A stretch of 64,000 bases of DNA from Felis catus. Taxonomy: Eukaryota. Shown here in pieces: positions 10,960 through 25,070 of this stretch; position 1 is the stretch's first letter, and every line of letters starts with the position of its first letter. The notes beneath the pieces are model-generated. The model saw nothing but the letters and a program-made list of their open reading frames with translations. It was not told where the DNA came from and did not search any database. The stretch covers positions 185,630,001-185,694,000 of the forward strand of contig NC_058368.1 of the NCBI RefSeq assembly GCF_018350175.1. The letters are read 5' to 3'. Position numbers and translations under genes: made by a program.

Positions 10960-12921
10960 AACACTTGTCCTGATGTATAATTATTTGAAAAATTAGAAAC
11001 ATAAAATTTATTTCGGATAGTTAAGTGCAACTGAAAATTCAATTCATATAGAAAAATGAACTTGAAAAGTAGCTCCAAAGACACTTAAAATATGCCTGTC
11101 CCCCCCCCCCCCCCCCAGTTCTTGTTCACCTTCCTCTTGTCTCTGCATCACGTGCTGGGGGAGGACACAATAGAATACCTTTCACTTTTGTGGTTTTTAT
11201 TAGCATGTGTATGCCATACATGTATAATTATAAGGAGATGGCAGGATATTTGCTGTCTTCTGCTTTAGGTTTCATTTGTCGAGAATAATCCTGGAGAGAT
11301 GATTTGTTTCCTTTTTGGTGATCTCATCTGCTCTTGTTACTTTCTAGTTGCCTTAGATAGTCTTCTGATCAATAGAATCAAAGCCCTCTCTTTTGATCTA
11401 CAGGCTGGAGAGTTGTTAACTTCTATAATGGAGAAATGGAAAGACAGGCTTATTTTTCTGATAAAACCACAGAAGTCTGAAGTTTTGAAAGTTAGAAAAT
11501 GAGGTAAATAAAAGAAAATGGTGTTTTCATAAAAGGTGGATGGAATGGGAAAAAAAGTACTTTGCTGATAAAGGATTGTCTCCTCATGCAACCCACTGAT
11601 GCTTGATGTTTTTCCATGATTTTCAGACAACTGGTCCACACCGAGAGGCATACAATGCTCCCTGTGTGGGAATGGAACTAATCAGAATATAATATTTTGC
11701 CTTTGATCTCTTTTTATTCTGCCTAGTCTGTTTGTTGGTGCACAAAATTTACTGTATTGCTGTCTTCCAACTTAAGCTATGATCCAAGTCCAGCTTTGGA
11801 TGTAGCCATAATTTTTAGGCTCTTTGCTTTAGAAAAAAAGGCTTGGGCTTTTATCTTACCTCCTTTACTGACTCCAGTGAGAGAAATTAAAAAAAAAATA
11901 AGAATGTAGGTCATTCTCTAAATATTCATCCTTTCCTTAGTATAAAAAGGTAATGGTTGCATGTCACAGTAGCCATGTGGCTTCCATGAGCAATCATCAA
12001 ATTACTAATAATTATTCAAACTAAAATTTTGGAGAGAATAAAAGCCTACAGCCGTTTAAAAAACACAAGTATTATATGCTAGCATTTTAAGAGGTAAAGG
12101 AAAATCATAAACTAAACAGAGCTTGTGATGCTATATATTTTTAATGACATTGAGGACTATGTTCCGAATAACATTTGCATAAAAAATTACAACAATAGTA
12201 AATAACCACAGTTAACATTTATTGAGTGTTTCATTCTGGCTGATTTGTGTCCAGATTAGAAATAATTGTTAGGGTTTTTCAGAGGCAGAGAACCATCACC
12301 CACTCCCTTGGAAATAAGGGGAATAAGAGAGGACAATGACACAGGTATAAAGGTGGCTCTAGTGAAAAGAGAAACAGTGGTTTCAATCCTAATTTCAGAA
12401 GCATCGGTACCAAGTAATCTAATAATATTGATCTAATAAAAACATTTTTTGGAAGAGGTTATAGATTAAAATAGAGCCAAAGTACCTCTTTAGAATACAT
12501 AGATGTAGTTGTGAAACTCAAATATTTGGTGTGAGAGAAACAATGTCCTTTTCTTATCAGTCCATACATTTAGTAGGTACTTAGTAACATTTGATTTGAA
12601 CAAGCAATCTACAGACTTAAATAAACCAATTAAGATAATCATAATATACGACAGTAGAAATATTCTGCAGGTCCTTAAATAAAGTAAAAAAAATGCTAGC
12701 ATGCTAAATATCTTAATGTTCCATGTTATTCAAAAAGTGATTTCTGGGATTTAAAAGTTTTCAGGACTTAAAAGTAAAGCCTTCAATTCTTTGTAGTTAA
12801 GAAAAAATATACTTAAAATCATTTTATTTGATATCATATTGACTTTATGATTACCATTGATTGGATAATTAAACACTGAAAGGATATGGATGTATACTTA
12901 CATGCCAAAATGCTTATCTCT

Positions 12922-13134
12922 GGTGCTCCTGGGTGGCTCAGTCGATTAGGGATCTGACTTTGGTTCAGGTCATGATCTCACAGTTCATGAGTTCCAGCCC
13001 TGCATTGGGGTCTGTGCGGTAGTGTAGAACCTTCTTGGGATTCTCTCTCTCTACCCTTCTCACTCTGTCCCTCCCCCACTTGCACACTTGCACACACACT
13101 CCCTTTTTCTCCTTCTCTCAAGAAATAAACTTCA
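12922..13134 (+). mobile_element. Can-SINE
   Basis: CCTGGGTGGCTCAGTCG head; TSD AAAATGCTTATCTCTG at 12907-12922 and 13135-13150. Confidence 0.92.
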
Positions 13135-14059
13135 AAAATGCTTATCTCTGTATTATGGGTGATTTTCTTCTCTCTTCTATGTTTCTGTGTTTGCAAAATG
13201 TCTACAACTGTCATACATTATGATTATAATAACATTTATTGTGTATCAAAAGGAAATGGCAGGGAAGCGAGCTGTCAGCTGGAGGAAAAAAAAGTGAATA
13301 ACAGAGCAGACATAGATTTTATATATTCTCCAGCTTTATAAGAGATAAAGAAATCTGAGGTAAATAACTGAATTCCTGGTTCTATTAGGAAGTTTAAAGT
13401 TGCTAAGTGGGTAAGCAGACTTATAGAGATAAATGGGAATATTCTGCACCACTTTGGCTGAAAGCCATTTCTTCTTTCCTAAGGTATTTATTTAACCTGT
13501 ACGTTGGGTTGGAGGAATTAGAATAATTTCTACAGTGTGCTACCTTATCCAGATAAATTAACACTTTATTAATCTAGCATCTTAATAACTACACTTCTGG
13601 GATTGGAAAGGGGGGGATTCATATGTCACATGACCCCTTTTTGTGATGTAAATAGAGAGGCCAAGCTTAACATATCTGAAATGATTTTAGAACAGGACAA
13701 GTTGAGGATTTTAAGTATATGACAATTCACTACAGATTGTAGGGGAAATTAGTGATTTAAATAAAAATATCACTGTTTCTTGGGATGGCCAGGAAGGGTT
13801 TAATGGAAGGTCATAAAATGAGATTTGAAACAACGTTTTGGATTAAGGGAAGAAAATTTCCTGAAAATATTTCAGAAAATTCAAAATGTAGGAAGAGAAA
13901 GTTGGGATATTTGCTTCAGTTCTAATGGGAAGGGAGGCTACTCATTAGATTCTTAACATTTTTAATTTAACACGTTGACCATGGAATTTAGCTATTCCAT
14001 CTTACCAGTAAAATAAGACCAATCCTCAAGGGGAAGGAAGGGAGATATAGCAAAGACTC

Positions 14060-14640
14060 TAATTTTGGCTCATTTAATATCCATTCCCACTTCTTTCTAG
14101 TTTACTCTCTGTACTCTGAGGGTACAGAGCCTTGACTGCAATCAGGTTACACAATCAGGTGATTGAGTTTCTCATATCAGAAGTTCTATGTGAGATTTCG
14201 AAAGTAGAAGTGGAACACCATGAGGTGTGTAGGCCACGCTTTTGCTATTACTTTTCTCCTGTCAAATACAGTCTAGAAACCTCTCTCTCTTTCTCTCTAT
14301 TTCTCTCTCTCTCTCTGTCTCTCACTTTTTAAATTTTTTTTCTGAAGAAGATATAGAAGATTTATTTTATCAAGTCCCTAACTTTGCTGAGAGTTAGAAC
14401 ATGGAAATTGATGTTGCTGGTGGCAGACTCTTGATTTCACAATCGAAACAGATTGATACAGTGCATCTATCAGAGGTGGCGGTGTCTTCTTGATTTTCTG
14501 ACTCTTAGGCAGAAACAGCAGTCCTCTTGGTGGGTGAAGTCTGTTGCGATGTTCTGGTGATGTTTATGGGAGATCAGTCTAAAATCTGTTCTTCCTGCTC
14601 TTCCAAAAATCTCATTAAATCCTCTAGAATTCTTTGTGTT
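14060..14640. mobile_element. Possible ancient ERVL-type LTR relic with a (CT)n tract
   Basis: Weak recalled similarity (ATATCCATTCCCACTTCTTTC..GAGATTTCGAAAGTAGAAGTG). Confidence 0.3.
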
Positions 14641-15009
14641 ACCAAACATTGCCCAATACTTGCCATAGTGAAAATTGCCAATATGGAAAAAGGGAAGCAG
14701 ATGGCTAAGTGATTTACAACAAAATATTTTATAGTACCGTCTGTATGTAGATTTTTGTCAAGGATTTATTGAGCTGTAGGCTAGATGCTTTGACACATAT
14801 CTCTTTTATATATAAATAATAAGAAACTAATTGATTACTACATCTCAGTTTTATAGCAGTATAATAAAAAAAATTGGTGGGAACAACTAATCTAGGCAAG
14901 TGAAATTTCTTTATAGTCCTCTTCCATCTCATATTAAATTCTCTAGATTTTACAGTTATCTTGAAGGCAGAAAGAAATTTTATTATCTTTTTCTCTGTTC
15001 TTTAGATAA

Positions 15010-15122
15010 GTTTTACCTTGAGCCAGATAATTTATCTAAGTTTCAGTTTCCTCATCTTTAAAATAAAGATAAAACATCACACTAACTTCACAGGGTTGTC
15101 ATAGTGATAAATGAATTAATGA
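15010..15122 (+). mobile_element. MIR core fragment
   Basis: TTTCAGTTTCCTCATCTTTAAAATAAAGATAA..CTTCACAGGGTTGT core motif. Confidence 0.7.
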
Positions 15123-15124
15123 AT

Positions 15125-15640
15125 TGGGTTGGAAGTTACCAAGACCACCCTCAGGCTCCGTGATTCACTGGAAGAACTCAAAAGACTCAGAAAAGCTGCT
15201 ATGCTAATATTTATCATTTATTACAGAGAAAACTTGTAGACTAAAACCAGAAAAGGGAAATGGCATATAAAGTCTAGGAGAAGCAAGGCACAAAACTTCC
15301 CATCCCAAAGGAATGACATGGAAATACACTTAATTCTCTGGTCAGTGAGGTATGACAATATTTGCAAGGTATTATCAAGTGAGGAATCTCACTCCAGCCT
15401 TGGTTTCCATGGTTTTTATTGAGGGTCAGTCATGTAGGCATGTAGCACCCTCATGTCTGATATTAGCTATTCAGACTCTGGCCCCCTAGAGCAAAATTAT
15501 ATATTCACCTAAATCACATCATTAGGATAAGCTTATCTGGTCAAACTGGCACAGCATGGTCCAATGCCTCAGGCATACAAAAACATTCTTAGTAGCAGCA
15601 TATTCCAAGGGCACACAGGTTATCTCCCAGGAGATCCTAA
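15125..15640 (-). mobile_element. MER21/MER77-like ERVL LTR
   Basis: CCAAGACCACCCTCAGG..GATTCACTGGAAGAACTCA..CTCAGAAAAGCTG and GGTCAAACTGGCACAGCATGG..CCTCAGGCATACAAAAAC hallmark motifs. Confidence 0.75.
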
Positions 15641-16073
15641 TGAGGCAAGAGAGGTAGAAGCTATCAGAACTTACTAAAGTAGGAGACATTCCACAAGAAA
15701 AACAGATCTGTAGAGAATCCTCACTCATCAAATGGTCACTGTTTTCTTCAGCATCAAACCTTGATCACATATTTTTAGCTGTATTGACATTAAAAATTTC
15801 CTAAGAGAGTTGCTGGATGTAACCAGAGAAATGTGAGCAACTCGGATATGCTGAGTGACTAAGCATGGGTTAATGTGAATAACGAATATGCAAATCAGTG
15901 AAAAACCAAATTTACTCTTGAAGAAAGGAAGATAAAATGATATGAAATGTAAATTAAAGAAAAAATCATCAAGAAACAATCAGAGTCTATTCTCACGCAT
16001 ACTACTTGAGGCAACTGAGAACAATAACTTACTTATTAATTTACTTACATTTTCATCACTGTTGAATACCTAT

Positions 16074-16280
16074 CATTTATTCGTTTATTTATCCATTCAC
16101 TTAACAAATATGTATGGAACACCCAACATGTGATAGGCACTGTTCTAGTCACTGAACCCAATGAACAGAACAAGTTAAACACCTGTCCTCTTAAGACTTA
16201 CATTATACTAATAGAAACAACAATAAACAGATGTAATATTTTCAAGTGGTGTTAGATGCTGCTAAGAAAATAAACAGTAA
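16074..16280 (-). mobile_element. L2 3' end
   Basis: CATTCACTTAACAAATATGTATGGAACACC..ATAGGCACTGTTCTAG antisense L2 tail. Confidence 0.7.
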
Positions 16281-16397
16281 TTGAAGCAAAAATGCACTGG
16301 GTTTTATACAAGCAATCAAATTTTCTCATTCTAACTAAGTACCTGGGAACTTTAAGGAAAGGTAGAAAGATTATTCCTAAAAAAAGTTATCTATGAG

Positions 16398-16892
16398 TGT
16401 ATTTGTTTCATATTATGTTATAACAAACTACCACAAATGTGGTGGCTTAAAACAATACACATTTATCATTTCACTTTTTTGGAGATCAACAGTCTGAAAT
16501 GGGTCTCAGTGGCTAAAATCAAGATACAGCAGGCTGTATTAATTCTGGGGACTTTAGGGGACTATGTTCTTACCTGGTGCTACTTATAAGGGCTGTCTGC
16601 ATTCCTTCACTTGTAGCTGGTTTCCATTTTCAAAGCCAGCAATGGCCACTCAAGCCTTTCTCATGTTGTTTGACTTTAACCCTGATTCTTCTGTCTCCCT
16701 CTTGCACACTTTCAGACCCTTGGATTACGTAACATCCACCTAGATAATTCTATTTTAAGATCAACTAATTACAAACCTTAATTTCATCTGCAACTTTAGA
16801 TCCCCTTTGTCATGTAGCATAATCTATTGACGTGTTAGGGATTCAGATATGGACGTATTTGGTGGGGTGGGGGCATTATTCCACTTACCACA
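16398..16892 (-). mobile_element. MLT1 (C/D-like) solo LTR, near complete
   Basis: TGTATTTGTTT..TAACAAACTACCACAAATGTGGTGGCTTAAAACAA through GGGGCATTATTCCACTTACCACA; TG...CA ends. Confidence 0.85.
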
Positions 16893-18169
16893 ATAAGCTG
16901 TATTATTTGAATACAGAAGAAGCAGTCTATCTACATATCAAAAAATAATATTCAAAATGTTTTTTTCTCTATTACATTAAATTCAATATTGTTAAAATTA
17001 CAATCTCTGGGTTTGGCATTTTTTTCCATTGGTCTTTCCCATGAGTATGTGGGTTTGCAAAATGTCCTCTAATTTAGAGAATGAGCAAAGATCAGAATAG
17101 GATTTGCAAAGTCATTGTTTACTATATTCAATAAATTTATTATGCAAAGCATTTTTATATATAGGTACCTCAGATCATAGGTAAAAGCAGTTTGCAATAA
17201 AATGGGAGTGTCCTCTCCAGTTGTTACATGGTAAAATAGCTAAGGGAAAAAGGCAGACCATAAAAGTTGCTTCAGTTGGAATTGAATATTTGGGGCAATT
17301 CCACTCAAGGGTAATGAGGACAAGTGACATTTGGTTAATAATTCTCCTTTTATATCTGGGGTCAGGCATGGAAAGATAGGATGTTCTACCATCCTCCCTG
17401 TATTTATTAATCACAGAATTAATGTATACTAATTTCTTAGAATTTTTGGCCCTGTCTTACCTCTTACCTTCTAGTTGAAATAGAAAATTTGTATAATAGT
17501 CACCTGATCTATTACTGGAGGAAGACCCAAGTATCACTCTTCATGCCAAGTAATTATAAGTAAAATCAAGATCCATCTGGCAAATATCCAGTACTTATGG
17601 GCAGGTACAGAAGGTACATGGAGCAGATAAAAGATTATAATTTGGGAATACCAAGGGGAAATATTTGTAATTGAAGACCAAGTCCTGATGGATTTCACTT
17701 ACCAGTCATTCCTGAAAATTCCCATGCTGCTTATTATGAGACATGTTCTTTCTATGGCGATGGGGGTGGAAGAAGATTGTCAGATTCACTCAGGATGCTA
17801 GAGGGTAACACATTGTAGTGCTTAACCCTGGAGATAAATGGTGAAATATTATTAGTCAAATTTGGCACCCTTAGATTCTTGTTCATTGAGAGAAAATGTC
17901 CAGAAAAATCTACCTTTTTTCTGGCTGGAGCCACCCTTGATTTGTGCTTTGTTTTTTAAATAAAACAAGTTCATAGCTAAAGCTAGAAAACAATTATGAA
18001 AGATTGTTAGGATCAAAATGTATTCAATTCAGTCTCACAAGAAATTGAGACTGCTATAATCTTGTGTTGTCAGAGGACTCCAGATTTCCAGGGGTTGTCA
18101 GTGATCCACTAGAAGTTATTGCTTTGGACATTGCTATAATATATAGGATCCATTTCCTTCCCCTATGGC

Positions 18170-18602
18170 TGTTGCTAAAAAAAAACAACAGTTTAGCTGA
18201 GTAAATTTGGAGATGTAATTGGCCTTATTCAAGGATTCATGAATCCAGCAGTATCTCATCTAGGTAACAGAAAGGAGCTCTGAGGAGCTAGAAAAAAACC
18301 AGAAGGCTTTTATAAGCGGAGGGGTGTGCAAAAAGAGAAAGTTTCTAGCAAAAAGTAGATTGTTTCAAACAAAGTCACCTTCCTTGGGAAAAGGCAGGGT
18401 TCTATCAGGCAGATTACCTCCCTTGTGCTGACCAGGTAATTCTAGAGTGACTGTTAAAAGTTACATTTCTTGGAAAGTCTAAAACTGTAATTATGTTAGA
18501 TATTAAGTCTAGGTTTGCTGATGTGGGGCTTAGCACAAATGATTCCATTTGAGGACTATAGTCTTTTTTACTTCCCTCCCTTCCTTTCTTCTTTCCTTAA
18601 CA
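18170..18602 (-). mobile_element. ERV1-class solo LTR (carnivore/laurasiatherian type)
   Basis: TGTT...TTAACA termini; antisense TATAAAA; CTGAGTAAATTTGGAGATGTAATTGGCCTTATTCAAGGATTCATGAATC motif recalled from ERV1 LTRs. Confidence 0.6.
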
Positions 18603-20377
18603 CTGTGACCCTTAAGATCTAAAGGAACATAATTTGACACAAATATTTGGTAGAAACTGGGAGGTTTTTATTGCTCATATGATATATTCTAGGTCTCTGA
18701 AACCAAGCACAAGTTTGGTCTTTGTTTACCACAAAAGAAATTCATTTGCAGTATTTTATAAACTCTAAAGTTATAGTTACGTTTTAGGTCCCCTCAAATC
18801 TATTTCATAACACTAGATACAACCCTCTAACCTCACAACAACCGATATCCATGGGATAGGGGTGGGGAAATGATGATTTAGTAGAAGAAAACTTGTTGAA
18901 GAAAGTATGTTTTTACTACAATTTATGTATTCTTTTCTGAAAAACATTTGTCTTTTCTTTAATATTCCAAATAGGTCAAGGCCAAAGTATTTGAATGTCA
19001 TAATCCAAATAGCAAATACCTTTACTTCTAGAGTTTATACAGAAAAAAAGTCATTCTTTACCATGTTTACATGTCTTAGACCCTTGTTTACAAAGGACTT
19101 TCCCTGGGTCTGAGGTCTAGGATTTGAAGGCATTATTCTAGCTCACTTAGCTAAGAATGAAAAGAACAAAGCAAAGTCATTATCCCAGGAAGGGTTTAAA
19201 GTTTCCTGAGGTCACTTGCAATGCTATTTTAATAGTATACATAAAGAGTCATTCGAACAAAAATGCTCTCGATCACTTTACCAGCAATGTCATGGAGGCA
19301 CTAAGGTGAGACAGCAGAATCCCTGGACCTGGATGAGAAGAGCAAGTTCCAGCAATGTGCTTACTGGTTATTGTGTTTGTCCATGGCAGTTTGTTCTCTC
19401 TGGGTCTCAGATTGTTTTCCATCCAAAAACAGGACTGAAGGCTCAGGGGTGACCTGAAAGAGGAGGTGGAGCATTACACTGATGTCTTAAGCTTCTATCT
19501 GAGAGTTGACTCCTAAAACAATGCTTGAAAGCTAGGTTTTGTCCAATGCATCTCAAGTTTTGGGTTCTATGAAACAGGATTTTATTTATTAGTTTTATTC
19601 ATTTATCATTCAACAAATATTTATTGAAAATATTGTATGTGCCGATTAATATTTGGCAGTCAAAGAATAAACACTGGTTCTCGTCTACCCGGCTGCTCTG
19701 TGGATTTAATTAGCTTCTTGTTTCCTCCTAGACTCAGGCATTCCTTAAATTGAAATGTTGCCTATTATTGATGGCAGACAAATTTTGAATAAAAGAGGAG
19801 AGCTAACCTTATGCTTAGGCAGATTAAATAGTGATCTACGTAGCATTATTTTGGCAGCATAAGTAATTCTATCCACTGCCCTTTTCTTGATGCCAAAAAT
19901 TTCATCATTAAAAAAGCATGACCTTTTACTCTTTTTATCTGTAAAAATGGGAATTCTAAAGTGAGGAATAACATATAAAGTCATTAACATTCAATGCGTG
20001 TTTACTGTAAACCTATTTTGGGTTAGGCATACTTTATTTTTAACATGACAACTCAGAATTATTAAGGAAAGAATTTTCAGAAGGGAAGTGCAAGGACAGA
20101 TTTTTGAATTAATTTGCCTGATGCCTTAATATTTATAAAGAGTGTATTATGTACGAAGTGCTACACCATGCATTGTGATCTCTGTGGCGTACTACTTTTC
20201 ACTGTTCTGAATGAGAAATAATACACATTCTGAATGAGAAATAATACAAAATGTAAAATAAATGGCAGATGAAAACATCAGTATTTTTATTAACACAGAC
20301 TAACATAATTGTGTAAAACAATTAAGCCTGTAATTGTGTAAAACAATCAAATTCTGCACACTTACCCATTATGTCTT

Positions 20378-20603
20378 TAAAAATTTTTTTTTGTTAACAT
20401 TTATTTATTTTTGAGAGAGAGAGAGAGACAGAGTGCAAGCTGGGGAGGGACAGAGAGAGAAAGAGATACAGAACCCAAAGTAGGCTCCAGGCTCTGAGCA
20501 AGCTGTCAGTACAGAGCCCAATGTGGGGTTCTAACCCACAGACTGTGAGATCATGACCTGAGCTGAAGTTGGTTGCTCAACCAACTGAGCCACCAGGCAC
20601 CCC
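20378..20603 (-). mobile_element. Can-SINE
   Basis: Antisense tail, GA tract and head; degenerate TSD ACCCATTATGTCTT / ATTCATTATATCTT. Confidence 0.92.
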
Positions 20604-23600
20604 ATTCATTATATCTTGATAGTGTTAAACAGGGAGAGGCTCCCATGTAAAAAAAGAATGACCAGGTAAAATTAAAGGCACAAAGGAAAAGAAAAGATCC
20701 TGGTCTCTCTGGATAGAAGTTCATGTCCCTGTGAGAAGAAGAGTGGGGACAGTGAATTCAAGCATTTCCAGTTTATTCTTCCCAAATTTATCAATGAAAT
20801 AAGTCATTCCACTTTCTCTGAGGTGGTCAGGAAAGGGAGAGAGAGGATCCAGAAATGTTCCACCAGCTGAATTCCCTTGACTTGGAAGACAGCATCAGAG
20901 ATGAATGAGAAGACAATGCACTTCCTTGCAAAGTGCTCACTCTCTAGTCTTATAATAACAGATAAATAGAATAAACCTAGATTTTAGAATCCCATATTCC
21001 TCCTCTGTAAGATAGAAATTATAATACCAGCTTCACATATTTGCTGTTAGTGACGTTTTGTGTGTAAGGTATGTAGCTTTGTATCTAGCTCAATAAATAA
21101 TTCCAATAAATATTTGTTTCCTATCTCTTCTTTGCACAATCTCCCATTACTCTGTATGGAATGAAACATGTTTTAAGTTTTTAAGATAGTCTGGATCTCT
21201 TAATATTTAAAAAAAATCTAAGTTAAAAGAATTTACTTGGGAACTTCAAGTCAGAAGTTATGTATTTAATAATAAACCATAAAAAATTAAAGCCTGTAAC
21301 ACAATTTCTTAGCCATCACCTAATTATAATTATAAAGCCTTATTCTATACAATGCTGGGACAAAAAAAAACACAAACAAACACAATGTGAAATAACTATT
21401 TCTGGCAGTACAGAAATTCCAGCCTCCAGCTGAAAAAAATGGACACAATTCAATACTGAAATAATACAATCAAAATCTTCAAAGAATCTGTCAACCTAGA
21501 ATTGTGTGACTTAGACAAGTCATCTTTCAAAAATGAAAATGACAGTGGCCTTGAATGACACATTGGACCAGATGGATCTAACTCATACATTCAGAACATT
21601 TCATCCTGGAAGAGTAGAAGATACATTTTTCTCAAGTGCACATGGAACATTCTGTAGAATAGATCAAATATTTGGTCATAAATCAGGCTTCAACAGATAG
21701 AAAAACATTGAGATCATACTATGCATATTTTCAGAGCACAACACTATGAATCTTGAATTCAACCACAAGAAAAAATTTGGAAAGTCATCAAATACATATA
21801 GGTTAAAGAATATCTTAGTAAAGTATGAATGGCTTAATTAGGACATTAGAGAAGAAATAAAAAGACACATGGAAGCCAATGAAAATGAAATCACAACAGT
21901 CCAAACCCTTTGGGATCCAATAAAGGCTGTCCTAAGAGAAAAATATATTGCAATTCATATCTATCTCAAGAAGCAAGAAAGGTTCAAAATATAAAATCTA
22001 ACTTTACACCTAAAGAAGCTAGAAAAGAACAGCAAATAAAGCCTAAAGCCAACAGAAGAAAAGAAATAAGAAAGATTAGAGCAGAAATAAACGATATAGA
22101 AACAAATAAACAAAAAAACTAGTAGAACAGATCAATGAAAATAAGTGCTTGTTCTTTGAAAGAATCAACAAAATTGAGAAACCCCTAGCCATACTTATTA
22201 AAAAGAAAAGAGAACCCAAATAGATGAAATCACAAATGAAAGGGGAGAGATCTCAGCTAACACCTCAGAAATACAAACATTATGAGAATACTATGAAAAA
22301 AAAATTATATGACAACAAACTGGGCAATCCTAAAACAGTAAGAAATAAAAAATTTGAACACACCCATAACTAGCAAATAAATTGAATCAGTAATCAAAAA
22401 ATCTTCCAACTGGCTTTTCAGAGGAATTCTACCAGACATTTAAGAAAAGTTAATACTATTCTTTTCAGACTATTCCAAAAAATAGAAGAGGAAGGAAACT
22501 TCCAAACTTATTCTATGAAACCAACATTACCTTCATTCCAAAACCAGACAGAAACCCCACTAAAAGGGAGAATTACAGGCCAATATCACTGATGAACATG
22601 AATGCAAAAATTCTCAACCAGATACTGGCAAATTGAATTCAACAGTACATTAAAATAATTATTCACCATGATCAAGTGGGATTTAGTCCTAGACTTTAGG
22701 GCTGGTTAATATTTGCAAATCAATCAACATGATATACCATGTTAATAAAAGAAAGTGTAATAGCCATATGATCTTTTTGATAGATACAGAAAAGGCATTT
22801 GGCAAAATACAGTGTCCGTTCTTGATAAAAACTTTCAACAAAGTAGGGATAGATGGAACATACCTCAACATCATAAAGGCCACATAAAAGAGACACAAAG
22901 TTAATATTACCTTCAAAGGGAAGAAACTAAGAGCCTTTCCCCTACAGTCAGGAGTAAGGCAAGGATGCTCACTTTCACCATTAGTATTTAATATAGTACT
23001 GGAAATATTAGCCTCAGCCATCAGACAACAAAAAGAAAAAAGGATATTGAAATCAGCAAGGAAGAATTCAAACTTTATTTGCAGATGACATGATACTCTA
23101 TGTAGAAAATCTTAAAGACTCCACCAAAAAGTTGATACAATTAATACATTATTTCAGCAAAGTCACAGGATATAAAATCATTGTACATATTTATGTTGCA
23201 TTGCTATACACCAATAATGCAACAAGTAGAAAAAAATCAAGGAATCAATCTCATTTACAATTGCATCAAAAATAATAAGATACATAAGAATAAACCTAAC
23301 TAAAGAGGTAAAAGATCTATACTCTGAAAACTGTAGTAGAAAATTGATGAAAGATATTGAAAAGGACACAAAGAGAAAAACATTCTATGCTCATGGATTG
23401 AACAAACATTGTTAAAATGTTTGTACTATCCAAAGCAACCTACACATTTAATGCAATTCTTATCAAAATACTACCAGCATTCTTCACACAGCTAGATTAA
23501 AAAATTCTAAATTTTTTATGGAACCAGAAAAGTCCCTGGATAGCCAAAACAATCCTGGCAAAGAAAAGTAGATTTTAAACTATCTTACAAATAGTAGTCC

Positions 23601-24272
23601 TTGAAGCAGTATGGTACTGGCACAAAGGCATGTAGATCAATGGAGCAAAATAGAAAACTCATAAGGGAACCCACAGCTACATTGTTTTCTTCAACAAAGC
23701 AGGAAAGACTATCCAAGGGGAAAAAGACACTTTCTTGAACAAATGGTGTTAGAAAAACTGAACAACAACATGTGGAAAATGAAACTGGAACACTTTCTCA
23801 TAAATTCAGAATTAATGAAAGACCTAATTTTGAATCCTAGAGGAGGATACAGGCATCAGCCAGAGCGACTTTGACATTATCCAGAGCAACTTCTTAATAG
23901 ACACATCATTGAAGGCAAGGGAAATGAAAGCAAACATAAACTATTGGTACTTCATCAAGATGAAAACTTGTGCACAACAAAAGAAACAATGAGCAAAGCT
24001 AAAAGATAGCCTTATGAAATGGGAGAAGATATGTGCAAATGACATATCTGATAAATAGTTATAATCCAAAGTATATAAAGAATTTATCAAACTCAACACC
24101 AGAAAAAGAAACAACCCAGTTAAGAAATGGGCAGAAGATATGAATAGACACTTTTCCAAAGAAGATATCCAGATGGCTAACAGACACATGAAAAGATGCT
24201 CAACATCATTCATCATTAGGAAAATACAAATCAAAACCACGATGAGATACCACCTCACGGCTAAAACTAAGA

Positions 24273-24275
24273 ACA

Positions 24276-24328
<53 letters not shown>
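24273..24328 (+). repeat. (AC)n microsatellite inside L1
   Basis: About 28 units, one interruption. Confidence 0.97.
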
Positions 24329-24330
<2 letters not shown>

Positions 24331-24611
24331 CAAATGTTGGTGAGGATGAGGAGAAAGGGGAACCATCTTTCACTGTTAGTGGAAATGCTAACTGGTGCAG
24401 CTGCTCTGGAGAAAGTATGAAGGTTCCTAAAAAACTAAAAATAAGACTACCATAGGATCCAACAATTTCACTATTAGGTATTTACCCAAAGGATACAGAA
24501 ATACAGATTTGAAGGGGTACATGCTTCCAAATGTTTATAGCAGCATTATCAGCAGTAGCCAAACTATGGAGGGAGTCTGAATGTCCACTGAGTGATGAAT
24601 GGATAAAGAAG

Positions 24612-24613
<2 letters not shown>

Positions 24614-24665
<52 letters not shown>
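24614..24665 (+). repeat. (GT)26 microsatellite inside L1
   Basis: Perfect dinucleotide run. Confidence 0.97.
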
Positions 24666-24667
<2 letters not shown>

Positions 24668-24867
24668 TGGAATACTACTCAGCCATCAAAAAGAATGAGA
24701 TGTTGTCATTTGCATTGATATTGGTGGAGCTAGAATGTATTATGCTAAGCGAAATACGTGAAGCAGAGAAAGAAAAATACCATAGGAATTCACTCATATG
24801 TGAAATTTAACACACAAAACAGATGAATATATGGGAAGAGTAGGGAAACAAACCATGAGAGACTCTT

Positions 24868-25070
24868 TTTTCCTTAATGTTCTTTTATTTATTTGGGGAA
24901 AGAGAGCACGAGTGAGGGAGGGGCAGAAAAAGAAAGCGGGAGAGAGAAAATCCCAAACAGACTTCACACTGTCAGCACAGACCCCCGCATGGGGCTCAGT
25001 CTCATGAACTGTGAGATTATGACTTTAGGCTAAATCAAGAGTTGGACACTTAACAGCCACGCAGGTGCCC
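24868..25070 (-). mobile_element. Can-SINE inserted in the L1 3'UTR
   Basis: Antisense SINE body; degenerate TSD AAACCATGAGAGACTCTT (24850-24867) / AAACCACAAGAGATCTT (25071-25087). Confidence 0.9.

Noticed and set aside
17695..17934. Minus-strand 60-aa ORF and nearby GTAAGTG donor (possible 9-nt exon)
   Set aside because: The ORF stops before the donor, the polypyrimidine tract is poor and no homology is recognised
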